A DNA stretch of 63,692 nucleotides, filler included, from Lenisia limosa (Eukaryota > Protista > Breviatea), in NCBI GenBank assembly GCA_001655205.1. It is 9 parts of 9 records of this genome, joined end to end, with 100 filler letters (N's around TTAATTAATTAA, not from the genome) between each part and the next. Parts side by side here need not be neighbours in the genome. Positions count along the whole stretch, not along the records: positions 49,038 to 52,364 come from LPNZ01007314.1; positions 52,465 to 55,353 come from LPNZ01008870.1; positions 55,454 to 61,153 come from LPNZ01008826.1; positions 61,254 to 63,692 come from LPNZ01001493.1; 5 more parts are not named here. One strand, written 5' to 3'. How positions within the stretch are numbered: the stretch's first letter is position 1; each line of letters begins with the position of its first letter. Both the position numbers and the translations under genes were made by a program. The notes under the pieces were generated by a model. That model was not told the origin of the DNA and made no database searches. It saw only the letters and a list, made by a program, of their open reading frames with translations. Positions 52,153 through 63,573 of this stretch are shown piece after piece.

Positions 52153-52534
52153 GTGGGAAGGGAAATGGGATCTACTGATACTGCCCCCCATCGCCAGTTT
52201 TAACCCGAGCGGTGGGGGACTCTTCAAATTTTGGCTCTGGCTTGGTTTTGTTTTTATGTTTTTGTCATTTAGTTTTTGTCTAGTTTTAGTTTTAGCATTG
52301 GTTGCTCGATTTTGTTATTGCTTGGTTTTTGTTTATTCGGTTAGTGATTAGTACCTTTTCAGTGNNNNNNNNNNNNNNNNNNNNNNNNNNNNNNNNNNNN
52401 NNNNNNNNTTAATTAATTAANNNNNNNNNNNNNNNNNNNNNNNNNNNNNNNNNNNNNNNNNNNNATCATATGCTCATATTAACAACTAAAGTCATCTCAC
52501 ACACCCGAACTTCAACTACGCTACCTTCTCTTAC

Positions 52535-55334
52535 CCCCCACCACGAAAAACTCATGTCGGATGCTTGGGAATTTTGTCAGGACCTACAGGGATGAATATA
52601 GAAAACTGATAACTAGGGCTTCCCTACGATCCAAAAAAAGACCAATTTTCGATATCCTCGAAACCCAAAATCAACTCTATTGGCTAAAAACTCCTGAGGA
52701 TTCCACACTCCCCCCTCACATCCTCATGGCTGGACCCCTCATCGTTGAGGGACTTAGTTGCGTAGTGCACGGCCATAGCAATCGTTTCCAAGGTCGTTGT
52801 GATAATGACGGATTGGGGAATCTGGGAAGGAAATTCAATTTTGTAAAGGTACTAATCATGAAAAGTGAGATTTATAAAAAGAAAAAGGCTTCAATAAATT
52901 TATTCTGATATTGATAAGGGGAGTAAAACGAAGGACATTTATGAAACAAAAAGAGCCCAAAATCAACTCCGTTGGCTGACAACACATGAGGGCTGATAAC
53001 AACAAAAAAACAAAGCCAGGCCAGTCGCTTCTGCAGCACCACATCCCATCACTCCAGTAAAAAGGGATAAAAATAAACTAAAACTAAAACAAATAAAAAT
53101 GGATAACTTTATGAAACAAAAGATAAAGATTAACTACGGGGGTGCGAGAGTACCATCTGAAAAAAAACAACAAGAAAGTACCTAACCTTATCCAAGCGCG
53201 CAGCAATCTTGATTTCCTCCCATCTCCCGAACCTGAACACGTGAAATAGGGGAGAAAAATGGGAAAATTTATGGGGAAAAAACAAACAAAAAAAACAACT
53301 CTGTAGAGAAAAGGGGTGGAACTAAGAAAATTTTGAACAGAATTTTTGTGAAAATGAGAGAGTAGGGGGTGGAGCTGGAAAATTTATGGGGAAAATCGGA
53401 AAAATTATAAAACAAACAAAACAATAAGCCCAACATCTGTTAGCTATTAAAAACAATAACAAAACAATAAAAACNNNNNNNNNNNNNNNNNNNNNNNNNN
53501 NNNNNNNNNNNNNNNNNNNNNNNNNNNNNNNNNNNNNNNNNNNNNNNNNNNNNNNCAGCAGCGTTCCAATAGACATTGGGGGGAGGGGGGCTGACTCCTC
53601 TGTCTGAATCTTCTTCATCATCTTCGTACTAAGGGGGTAAAATTGGAAAATTTAAGAATCAACTATGGTGGCTGACGACACACAAGGGTAGATAACAACA
53701 ATAAAGCCCGGTGATGGAATAATTAATTAGGCTTCGGTTCCAAAAAGACTGAATATCTCGATAAATCCTCAACAATTATCAATATTTTGCCGGTATTTTT
53801 CGAACCGAAGTGAAGTCCTGTTTCAAATCTAACTCTACCCTCCTTTATAACCCCCCCCCCACGGAGTCTTCATGAGGCTCTTCGACTTGTTGGTTCATTG
53901 TCCGCAGGTTGGCTTCATCGTAACGAATCTAAGTCAGTACAACATTAAAACATTAAAACAAAAACGCAACACAATATACTATTTTGTATCACAAAACCGG
54001 AGCCTATTGAGCTAATCTGATGATTAAGAATCCGAATTATGACAAACGGAATATAATTACAAATTCAAAAAACAAAAATGATGGATAAAAAATATTGCTG
54101 TGGTATACAGTGACCGGGATAAGTCTTGGCTGATTTTCCTTGGGAAATCACAAGCAAATCGGTCAAGACTTGTCCGTCACTGTATGTACTACCCTTCCAC
54201 ACACACAATCACAGGCCACTAAATCACTTCACTACCCCCCTCCTACGGCTTTCCTGGTGCGTTTTTCGAGGGGCTGAAGTTGCTGCATTTGGTCGATCGC
54301 GCCCGGGAAGAGCTGAAAACGTTAATTACAATATATTTTACATTAGTGGAAAACACCTGAGATACCTGGGGATTACTTTGAGAATAAAAGAGCTGAAGAT
54401 TGTATTTCTAAAAAAGAGTTCCTTCATATCTTCATTAAAATATACCCACACTTCATTATAAAATTGTAATGAGAAATAAAAAATGTATCTGGGCGAAGCA
54501 ATCCACACCAGCACGCTTATAAGGGATATTGGATGATAGTAGATAATATTAATTCACCTAATCATTTACGTTATACTGTGCACATAGCTTTCTTCGTGCC
54601 TCCCCTGCATAATTCATTATATCAATATATCACCACACCTTCTCCCATGTCTCCGGGTCGGCGAGGTCAATGCTCTCGGCAGCCTCGTTGGACACAAAGG
54701 AGGCCTTGCTAAAGGAGTTGCTTGGGCCTAATATGGTAAGAACAATTGCCAAATATGGTGAACCCGATTTCAGATGATATCACATATCGTAATAAACACA
54801 ATTTTTACCCCTCCTCCTACCCGAAGATTGCTCCTGGCGCACAACAGTCGTTCTTCTCTTGAGGATTTCGTCAATGTTCTAAGGGGTGACAAAAGCAGAT
54901 CTTAGGTAGGAAATGAGTGACGACGTGTAAGAAGACTTGTTTGTAATTGAAAAGGAGGGGCGGGGAGTAAAATTGGAAAATTGATGAAACAAATAAAAGC
55001 CCAAAATCAACTCTGCTGGCAGACAGCACATGAGGATTGATAATAACAGAAGAAANNNNNNNNNNNNNNNNNNNNNNNNNNNNNNNNNNNNNNNNNNNNN
55101 NNNNNNNNNNNNNNNNNNNNNNNNNNNNNNNNNNNNNNNNNNNNNNNNNNNNNNNNNNNNNNNNNNNNNNNNNNNNNNNNNNNNNNNNNNNNNNNNNNNN
55201 NNNNNCTTATCCTATATAAAAAGCTCCTGCATTCCACCATATATTTCTCCGATACTAAACCTACGGATTCGCAGAATGCTTCAGAATCGTCGTTATCCGC
55301 CATGAGTAGTCCGTAAGCGCCGTGTTTGAGGAGG
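52535..55334 (-). CDS. CHD6-9/Kismet-like SNF2 chromatin remodeller, post-helicase region, partial
   Basis: Spliced LLKHGAYGLLMADNDDSEAFCESNIDEILKRRTTVVRQEQSSGNSFSKASFVSNEAAESIDLADPETWEK...RTRKAIRYDE...GFGRWEEI. This matches the recalled CHD7-class motif LRKGAYGALMD..FCEEDIDQIL.RR..STFAKASFV..DISLDDPNFWQK..YGWGRW. Confidence 0.85.
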
Positions 55335-55453
55335 CTAGGGTGGGGGGGGGGGGNNNNNNNNNNNNNNNNNNNNNNNNNNNNNNNNNNNNNNNNNNNNTTA
55401 ATTAATTAANNNNNNNNNNNNNNNNNNNNNNNNNNNNNNNNNNNNNNNNNNNN

Positions 55454-57222
55454 TGAAGGCGCTGCACAGATCAATGACCCGGGTCTGCTCACTAGTTCGG
55501 CCTCCGTGCTCCCTATGCCGCAAACTCCAAATGAGACTCCAAATAAGGAGGTTGAGAGCCTGTCGTATGAGCAAAGACAGTCGGAGGACTCTGGCCGCAT
55601 GATGCCGCTGTCGACGGCGGATGTTGAGAAGAAGGATGTTGAGGAGAAGGTAAAGGTTGAAGAAGCTAAAGAAGAAAAGGAGGACAAAGAAGAGAAGAAA
55701 GATGAAGAAGACAAAGAAGAGAAGACAGGCGACAACGTTGTTCCAATAGTCGCGGTGGCGGCAGTTGGCGCTGTTGCAGTGGGGGCCGCAGTTGTGGTTG
55801 CCGCTAAATTGGGGGAAGATGACGAGGAGTCAAAACAGGAAGAGAAGATTGAGAAGGTTGAAGAAGAGAAGGTTGAAGAGAAGGTTGAAGAAAAGGAAGA
55901 GGAAAAGGTTGAAGAAAAGGTTGTTGAAAAGGAAGAAGAGAAGGTTGAAGAGAAGGAAGAGGAAAAGATTGAAGAAAAGGAAGAAGATAAGGTTGAAGAA
56001 AAGGAAGAAGAAAAGGCTGAAGAAAAGGCTGAAGAAAAAATTGAAAAAAAGGAAGAAGAAATGGAAGAAGAGAAGGTTGTAGAGAAGGAAGAAGAAAAGA
56101 TTGATGAAGAGAAGGAAGAAGAAAAGATTGAAGAAAAGGAAGAAGAGAAGGTTGAAAAGAAGGAAGAAGAAAAGATTGAAGAAAAGGAAGAAGAGAAGGT
56201 TAAAGACAAGATTGAAGAAAAGGAAGAAGAAAAGGCTGAAGAAAAAATTGATGAAAAGGAAGAAGAAAAGATTGAAGAAAAGGAAGAAGAGAAGGTTGAA
56301 GAGAAGGAAGAAGAAAAGATTGAAGAAAAGGAAGAAGAGAAGGTTGAAAAGAAGGAAGAAGAAAAGATTGAAGAAAAAATTGAAGAAAAGGAAGAAGAAA
56401 AGGTTGAAGAGAAGGAAGAAGAAAAGATTNNNNNNNNNNAAAGACAAGATTGAAGAAGAGGAAGAAGAAAAAATTGAAGAAAAGGAAGAAGAAAAGGAAG
56501 AAGAAAAAATTGAAGAAAAGGAAGAAGAAAAGGTTGAAGAGAAGGAAGAAGAAAAGATTGAAGAGAAGGTTGAAGAGAAGGAAGAAGACAAGATTGAAGA
56601 AAAGGAAGAAGATAAGGTTGAAGAGAAGGAAGAAGAGAAGGAGAAGGAAGAAGGGAAAATTGAAGAAAAGAAAATTGAAGAGGTGAAGGGAAAAAATAAA
56701 GAAGAGAAGGTTGAAGAGAAGGAGGAGCGGGAAGAAGAAAAGAAGGAAGTAATTGAAGAGGTGAAGGAAGAAAAGGAAGATGAGAAGGAGGAAGAGAAGA
56801 TGGAAGAGGTAAAGGAAGACGAAAAACTTGAGAAGGAAGAACAGATGGAAGAAGTGAAGGAAGAGATGAAGGATGAAGACAAGGAGGAAAAGATTGAAGA
56901 GGTGAAAGAAGAAGAAAAACCGGAAGAGAAGGAAGAGAAGAAGGCTGAAGAGAGGATTGAAGAAGAGAAGCTTGAAGACGTGAAGGAAGAGAAGGAAGAG
57001 AGGAATGAAGATGAAGAAGAAGTGAAGGTGGAAGAAGAAAAAAAGAATGAGAAGGAAGATGAGAAATTTGAAGAAGTGAAGGAAGAGAAGGAAGAGGAAA
57101 CGCCTATCAAGGTAGAGGAGAAGGTTGAAAAATTGGAAGAAGAAAAGAAAGAAGAGAATATTGAAGAGAGAGAAGAAGAGAAGGCAGTAAAGGGGGAATC
57201 AGGTGCTGTGGAAAAGGAATGA
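55454..57222 (+). CDS. Terminal exon of a highly acidic Glu/Lys repeat protein; 5' end cut by a spacer, 10-N gap at ~56430
   Basis: About 590 codons open to TGA at 57220-57222 apart from the short gap. It has an Ala/Val-rich stretch (VVPIVAVAAVGAVAVGAAVVVAAK) followed by many EEKEEEK(V/I/A) units. Confidence 0.8.
55860..56660 (+). repeat. Coding 24-nt tandem repeat (EEKEEEK[VI])
   Basis: GAAGA(A/G)AAGGAAGAAGA(A/G)AAG(G/A)TT repeated with synonymous variation and occasional 12-nt half units. Confidence 0.92.
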
Positions 57223-57754
57223 CTCTCTTGCTGATAATTAAACACTCCAGTAAGCCTGGTTGACTTGCTTCTTTTTTTTGTCACAATTTATCGAAAAATG
57301 GATCCATTTGCTTGTTAGTGATTCTTCGTTTACTGCCTAGATTGGAGTATGAGACCGAAGAGATGGCGTGTTGGTCGTCCCGCTATTTATTTATGTTATT
57401 ATTTATGGGTAACTTTTGGAATTGATTGACAAGGGGTTTAGTGAGTGGGGGGTCTTCAGGTTGCTTCATGCAGATTTAGTCAATTGACATGCATATTCTC
57501 ATATTCTGACGGAAACGAGAAAATGAGACAACAAGAAAACTAGAAAACTGGACTGGAAACCACTATGAAAGAAACCTAAACCTTTTTATCAGATAATACG
57601 AATTCATCCGAACACGCAAATCCCAATCCATCCAGATATCCAGTTTCATTTCTTCGCCCCTCAAGAGTTAAATTGATTAAGATATTAGATATAAATAGAT
57701 CTAATACGACACAACTTCTTCTAGTAGAGATATTCTGCTGAAAGAAATCACATC

Positions 57755-60700
57755 ATGATCATAGCCCAGCTTCTAATTATGTTCAGTGCTGTTCTGGTGG
57801 TAGCAACGGCAATAACAATGGACAGTTCTGGAGTCCCTTCAGTGGCATCTCTCAGGTATGATGAAGTTGTTGCTTGCGGAAATAAACTCAGTGTTGTTGT
57901 GTGTGTGGGGGACATCATAGTCCCCACTTATACTCCACGATTATTATCGCATAACCTTCACTTATTCATTGTCCAAACTTATTCCTTGGAGGAGTGTTTG
58001 TACTCAAGTATGTGTTCCTCCTAGTTGTGGCATAGAACAAGTCCCTCTTGATTCATCTGTTATTGAAAGTGGCTTACTGTTCAGTATTACTGGAACGCCA
58101 ACTGTGAGCACAGATGCTGCCACCCAGGTTTGTGATTAAACAGATTTGTTCATTATATTTCGACCTGCGGGTTGCATGTTGTAAATATCAATAAGTTTGG
58201 AAGGCTGAGTCAGGTTAACCCGCAATATTCAATACAGCATGTACCCATGTGGTCTTGCCACAATTGCACTCGATACTGCTTCTCTTAACCGTTCCAACAG
58301 GCATCAGTGGCCTCAGCAACTGTCTTCCTCTTGGTAGGAGAAGACTTCAATACTTCTACTATTTGCATATTACACATTTGTATCAGTATGAAGTTCTAGC
58401 TTTCAGACAAAATGGGTTGTTGCTGCTTTGTTTTAACACTATGCTACTTCCCCCCATCACGAGTAACTAAAATATGTATGTGTTGGGGGGGGGGGGGGTN
58501 NNNNNNNNNNNNNNNNNNNNNNNNNNNNNNNNNNNNNNNNNNNNNNNNNNNNNNNNNNNNNNNNNNNNNNNNNNNNNNNNNNNNNNNNNNNNNNNNNNNN
58601 NNNNNNNNNNNNNNNNNNNNNNNNNNNNNNNNNNNNNNNNNNNNNNNNNNNNNNNNNNNNNNNNNAATATGGCTGGATATTGAACTTATATTCCACGATA
58701 TCTATTGACGTTTCATTTGATATTCCTAATATAATAGTGTAATATGATTTAAAGACATTAGAAAGCCAATCTTACCTCCTTCTCGGTTCTTCCGGTCTAC
58801 GCATTTACAGTGGTTAGTTGGAATCTCCCATTACTTGTAAATATTACCTCAAACATCTATTATAGTGGTAGTTTAGACAGATATTGATATGATATATGAT
58901 GTCCATATTTCCTACAGTTCGAATAAAAGATTGTCTTGATAAACCCTTTGTAAATATCGATATTTTAGCGCTACATATTACACTGCAGGATGCACCAATC
59001 AGTCGTCAATCTTTGAACCTTGCTGATACGCCAGTCAACAAGACACGCTTCATCTTTGCCACTGCTGAGCACCCAACCGAGCTGTATGTGCTCTATATTT
59101 TCATGTGATTGTTAGAGTGATCGAAACATTTAGTCTTTTTGACCAGTTTAACTTCTGATTTCGTTAGGACAGGCGTCAGTTTGGTATCGGAGGGAGACAG
59201 TGCTGCTGTGTGGTCAAGAGTTTACTCGAATGTATGCTGACGTTTGGTGGATGGCGATGACGTTGCATTTGATGAGGTTGAGTCCTTTGAATTACTATGA
59301 AGCTCTGATAAATTCCAATTATGCACTTACCTTTATTCTCATTTTATTTACGCCTACTATTCCCGGCTTCGGCCAGATACAACCTTATTGTATATTTCTC
59401 ATTGCTATATCATATAATATAGAATAATATAGCATATATCATAGTATATCTAATTACATGTAATATAGCTATATTTATATTCCCGGTTCCATTTTGACGC
59501 AATAGAGCGAGGGAACCTCATCCAAACTCCACGTCATGGTTTTTGAGGTTGATTCTGCCACCAAAGATGCCCATCATGATGTAAGGGGAGCTATTCAATT
59601 TCTCACAACTAATAATATATGCCTAGCCACTCACAATGAGGCTTTATTATGGTCTCCCACTTGCATCATACAAATTGAAAAATCTATATTTCTGATTTAT
59701 AAATGGACTGTCTCTCTAAATCACATTGTTTAAGAAGTAAATATGGCTCATAACAAACAACATAAATTCATAGGAAATTTGAATAGGATAGATAATTCCT
59801 GTCTTATCACTTAGTTCATCAACTATTCTTTTTCCTCGGGTGGCCCATACCTCTTCAAGAATCATTTCAAGCAGCCACCTATTGTGGGCCTCACACCGAT
59901 TCAAAGTTCGAGGGGGGAGTTAAAAATGACCCGCTTGTGATCATATTTCACTCATACCCTGATACGAATTTTATTTTTGTATATGGTACTAAAAATAATG
60001 TCATTTATGAAGTCATATACTAACTACCGCATAGCATGTCTTCTACCACCTTCCTTATCCACATAGCATGTCTTCTACCACCTTCCTTATCGACATAGCA
60101 TGTCTTCCACATAGCATGTCTTCTACCATGTCTTCTACCACCTTCCTTTTCCACATAGCATGTCTTCTACCACCTTCCTTATCCACTTGAATGTTTTCGA
60201 CTTGTTTTGCAATTCACCTTTTTTACTTTTTAGCTTCGTACAGCTACAATCACGCCTTTGGGGTAAGTGAGACATGATTTAGTGTTGGAGACGGATGTGG
60301 GACGGATGTTGAAAATACAGTATATGATATACTTATTCCGCAACTTCCCCCATTTCTTCACACTACTGATGTTCTTTGTATTTCCTTCATCAAATATGGA
60401 TGCATCGAGTATACTTTTCTCTATACTATCTCCTTCCTTCTCCCTTCCTATTTGGTTTATCTTCTTTCTTCTCTCTGTTCCTCTTCCTGCCCTCCTCTTG
60501 ATGTGTCATCATAACCTAAAACAGTATCGTTTTGGTAGCAGACCAACTCAAGACGACGTGCAATATATCAAGGCTTGGACCACTGCTGGGGCGGTGGTAA
60601 CAGCAGCGTAAGGGGGCTGGCTCTTCAAACATCTGACTTATCCAAGATTTATCTTTTGAAAGCGGTACCATATTGTTGAGCTTGTTTGGTTCTTCAGAAG

Positions 60701-61113
60701 TGCGGACAATTATAAATCAATATCAGATACAATATTATATACTATATGCATATGCTGTATAATATGATATGATATAATATGCTATTATATATTGACTATG
60801 ATGTGTCCACTAATTTTTTTGCCTGCGTTTACTCCATCACACCCTTTTAAGTGCTTTATCCTTTAGAACCCCTTTCAATGTCTTCGCTTTGAGTAGGGAC
60901 ATCAACTATGACCCCACAATTGTTCAAATGGGGACAACCGGGAGGGTGAGGGGGGCATTATATTAGTTTGATTGGTTTGGGAATCGGGTAAAAAGGGTAG
61001 TCTTTATGTTTTTATTTCACAGAACACTATTTACTTTGACCCACCATTCGCTGTACCGCCAATTGTCAAGATTACTACCGTTGAACCTGACAACAATGGA
61101 GTCACCAATATTG
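57755..61113 (+). CDS. Putative secreted protein with a C-terminal H-type-lectin-like motif, partial
   Basis: Signal-peptide-like start MIIAQLLIMFSAVLVVATA. Phase-consistent exons SITGTPTVSTDAATQ | ASVASATVFLL ... DAPISRQSLNL..HPTEL | TGVSLVSEGD..VYSN | SEGTSSKLHVMVFEV..HHD | LRTATITPLG | RPTQDDVQYIKAWTTAGAVVTAA | DINYDPTIVQMGTTGR | NTIYFDPPFAVPPIVKITTV. Confidence 0.6.
60030..60186. repeat. ~32-bp minisatellite, intronic
   Basis: CATAGCATGTCTTCTACCACCTTCCTTATCCA with three or more full copies and truncated copies. Confidence 0.9.
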
Positions 61114-61697
61114 GTATTGAGGGTACCTAATGTTAATATATTACACAATATCANNNNNNNNNNNNNNNNNNNNNNNNNNNNNNNNNNNNNNNNNNNNTTA
61201 ATTAATTAANNNNNNNNNNNNNNNNNNNNNNNNNNNNNNNNNNNNNNNNNNNNGGAAATATATTGCCACAGTTATTTTGATGAGTCCTTCCATTTTCATC
61301 CTGTAGTACTACCCCCCTCTGAAGGGAGACGTGCAAGACCAAGTCAATATTGGCCCCCTCTAATTTCTTACTATTTATTTCGTTTTGAGCAAAACTTAAG
61401 GTATTTGAGTATGAATATATATGAATATTCTATTATATCGCAAAGCAGAAGTTTAGTATCTAGGAGGTATATCTATAGATTTGTATACCTCCTTGTATCA
61501 TTTAAGATCTACTCCCACTCCAACCTTCAACCAATCTCTGCTCATCATGAATTGTATATTGTTATTTGGCAAGAAAAAACGTCGATTTTAAAAAAAATTT
61601 TGGGGGTTTCTTTCTCAACCAGGAGCACCCATTTTCCCTTCAAGGCAATTACTTCATTTGAAAGAAAAAACAATGATGTAAAAAACATATAAAAAAT

Positions 61698-61744
61698 CTC
61701 CGTGTCGGGGAATCGAACCCCGGTCTCCCGCGTGACAGGCGGGG
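61698..61744 (-). tRNA. trnD-GTC: tRNA-Asp(GTC), 3' two-thirds; the 5' end lies in the gap
   Basis: Minus strand CCCCGCCTGTCACGCGGGAGACCGGGGTTCGATTCCCCGACACGGAG: anticodon arm CCCGC-CTGTCAC-GCGGG, T-loop TTCGATT, followed by a T6 Pol III terminator (61691-61696). Confidence 0.93.
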
Positions 61745-62419
61745 NNNNNNNNNNNNNNNNNNNNNNNNNNNNNNNNNNNNNNNNNNNNNNNNNNNNNNNN
61801 NNCAAAATAACCAAAATAATTCAATGACGATCAAAATTAAAACAAAAAATAAATTTTTTTTGATGATTCCATTAACCAAATTATGGTGACGTCATGACGT
61901 CATTTTCTATTTACCTTGATTTTTGCCTCAGACACAGCCTTTTTGCTATCTTTGTGTTGCATAGTTGCATAGTACCTATTTTTAAGAAGTAAAGGGTGAG
62001 AAGAAGGAGAAGCCACTCAGAAACCTGTTTCATAACCGTGATCTGTTGAACATTGTTTCCCCAGGCAAGTTAATCTTAAAGGTGAGGCCAACATGAATAT
62101 TATATTTATAAATATACATCGTGCGATGTTGAAATGTTTGTATTTCTTATTGATAAATTTTCTTATTCCCTATTCCTTGGATTTTGGATTGTTTTGTTTT
62201 TATGCCATCAACTTGATGATACTTGGCTTTATGTTGTTTCATAAATGTATTTACTAGCTTTTGAAGAAATGTATACTATCCTTTCAATGATGAGAGAGAA
62301 TTAACGCTCACCCGCTTCTTCTATAACAACCCCCCCCCCCCNNNNNNNNNNNNNNNNNNNNNNNNNNNNNNNNNNNNNNNNNNNNNNNNNNNNNNNNNNN
62401 NNNNNNNNNNNNNNNNNNN

Positions 62420-63573
62420 TGGGTGGAGAGACCATCAGCTTGTGGTCACTTCCCTCTGACACTACCCCCCTTAAGTAAGGGGTTTTGGGAATATCTCTGT
62501 AATGTCAATGTTTTCTTCGGTCTTCAGGTTATGTCAATAGTAGGAATATGATCATTTCATAGGGGGAAATCATGTATTTTCTTATTATCGTGGTTTCCTA
62601 TTTTTGCCCCTTCCCCCTTTTTTTATTGAATAGAACGCTGAAACTCCCATGCCCAGCGACTTCTTTGGTAAGGCTGGGGTGAGCTTTGGACGGTGATAAA
62701 TACATAGCAGATGATATTTATCGATATCATATAGCTGTTATGGTGTGTGGACGGCTTCGGTCAGCTACTCCCTTTATTATATATAAATATGTATATACTA
62801 TTTCTCATTTATGATATAATATGTATTAGATATACCAAATACAATATCTGAACATGTAACCTTTTCAACATTTGTCATTTCATGTTTTGTCTTTGAAGCT
62901 TCTGATATATTACACAGGCAATTTACTAATTACATGTTCAAAATTAGGATATTTTGGCCAGACATCAATTCAATACTAAATATAAAAGATAACCCTTTCA
63001 CTTTATCCCTCTAATACATAAGGTGTGGTCCAAGAACACCCCAAATGCAACAGTTATTGCCGAAGATGGAACGCTTTTTACTGTTACTGATGAAGCCGAT
63101 CTAATCCACGAAAATAGACTGGATTCTAAGGTTAGCATTGTGATGTGAATTTTAAAACGGCTTCCATCAACATATCTCACCCCCCTCCAGCCAACTTGTC
63201 TGTCATACCTCAAAAGTGGCGAAGACGTGGTTATCGGGTCCCCCTCGGGCGTAGTGCAGACCCTGAACCTTCCTAACCAAGAGGCGAAGACTATTTATGA
63301 GGTGGGGGATATTGGTATCTCGCATTTGGCCAAACAGTCACTTCCTTTCATTCTCAAAATTCTTGCATTTTAATCCCCTTATTCCGAAGTTACGGATATA
63401 TTTTGCCAACTTTCCCTACTTACATTATTCTGTTGCCTAGAGGCTACTCACCTTGAAGACCTGTCCTTGCCGTTTACTTACTCATTCAGGCAAACCGTCC
63501 CGTCTGCTCCCTAGCGGTTCAGTCCTTTGACCAGCACGTTGCTGTCGGACTGAGTAACGGTTCTGTTGACCTG
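62420..63573 (+). CDS. WD40-repeat protein, NEDD1/GCP-WD-like N-terminus, partial
   Basis: Spliced GGETISLWSLPSDTTPLKTLKLPCPATSLVWSKNTPNATVIAEDG..PTCLSYLKSGEDVVIGSPSGVVQTLNL..RPVCSLAVQSFDQHVAVGLSNGSVDL. WD40 is clear; the NEDD1 assignment rests on recalled similarity (GDDIKIWD..ISSICWS..IASGSLSGEIIL). Confidence 0.7.

Noticed and set aside
55406-57284. Long Ser/Phe-rich minus-strand ORFs and Lys/Arg-rich alternate-frame ORFs
   Set aside because: They are reading-frame shadows of the GAA/AAG repeat; synonymous variation fits the Glu/Lys frame.
24890-63573. Apparent cluster of microtubule-related genes (weak TACC-like, EML-like, NEDD1-like)
   Set aside because: They lie on different pieces separated by artificial spacers, and the TACC resemblance is weak.
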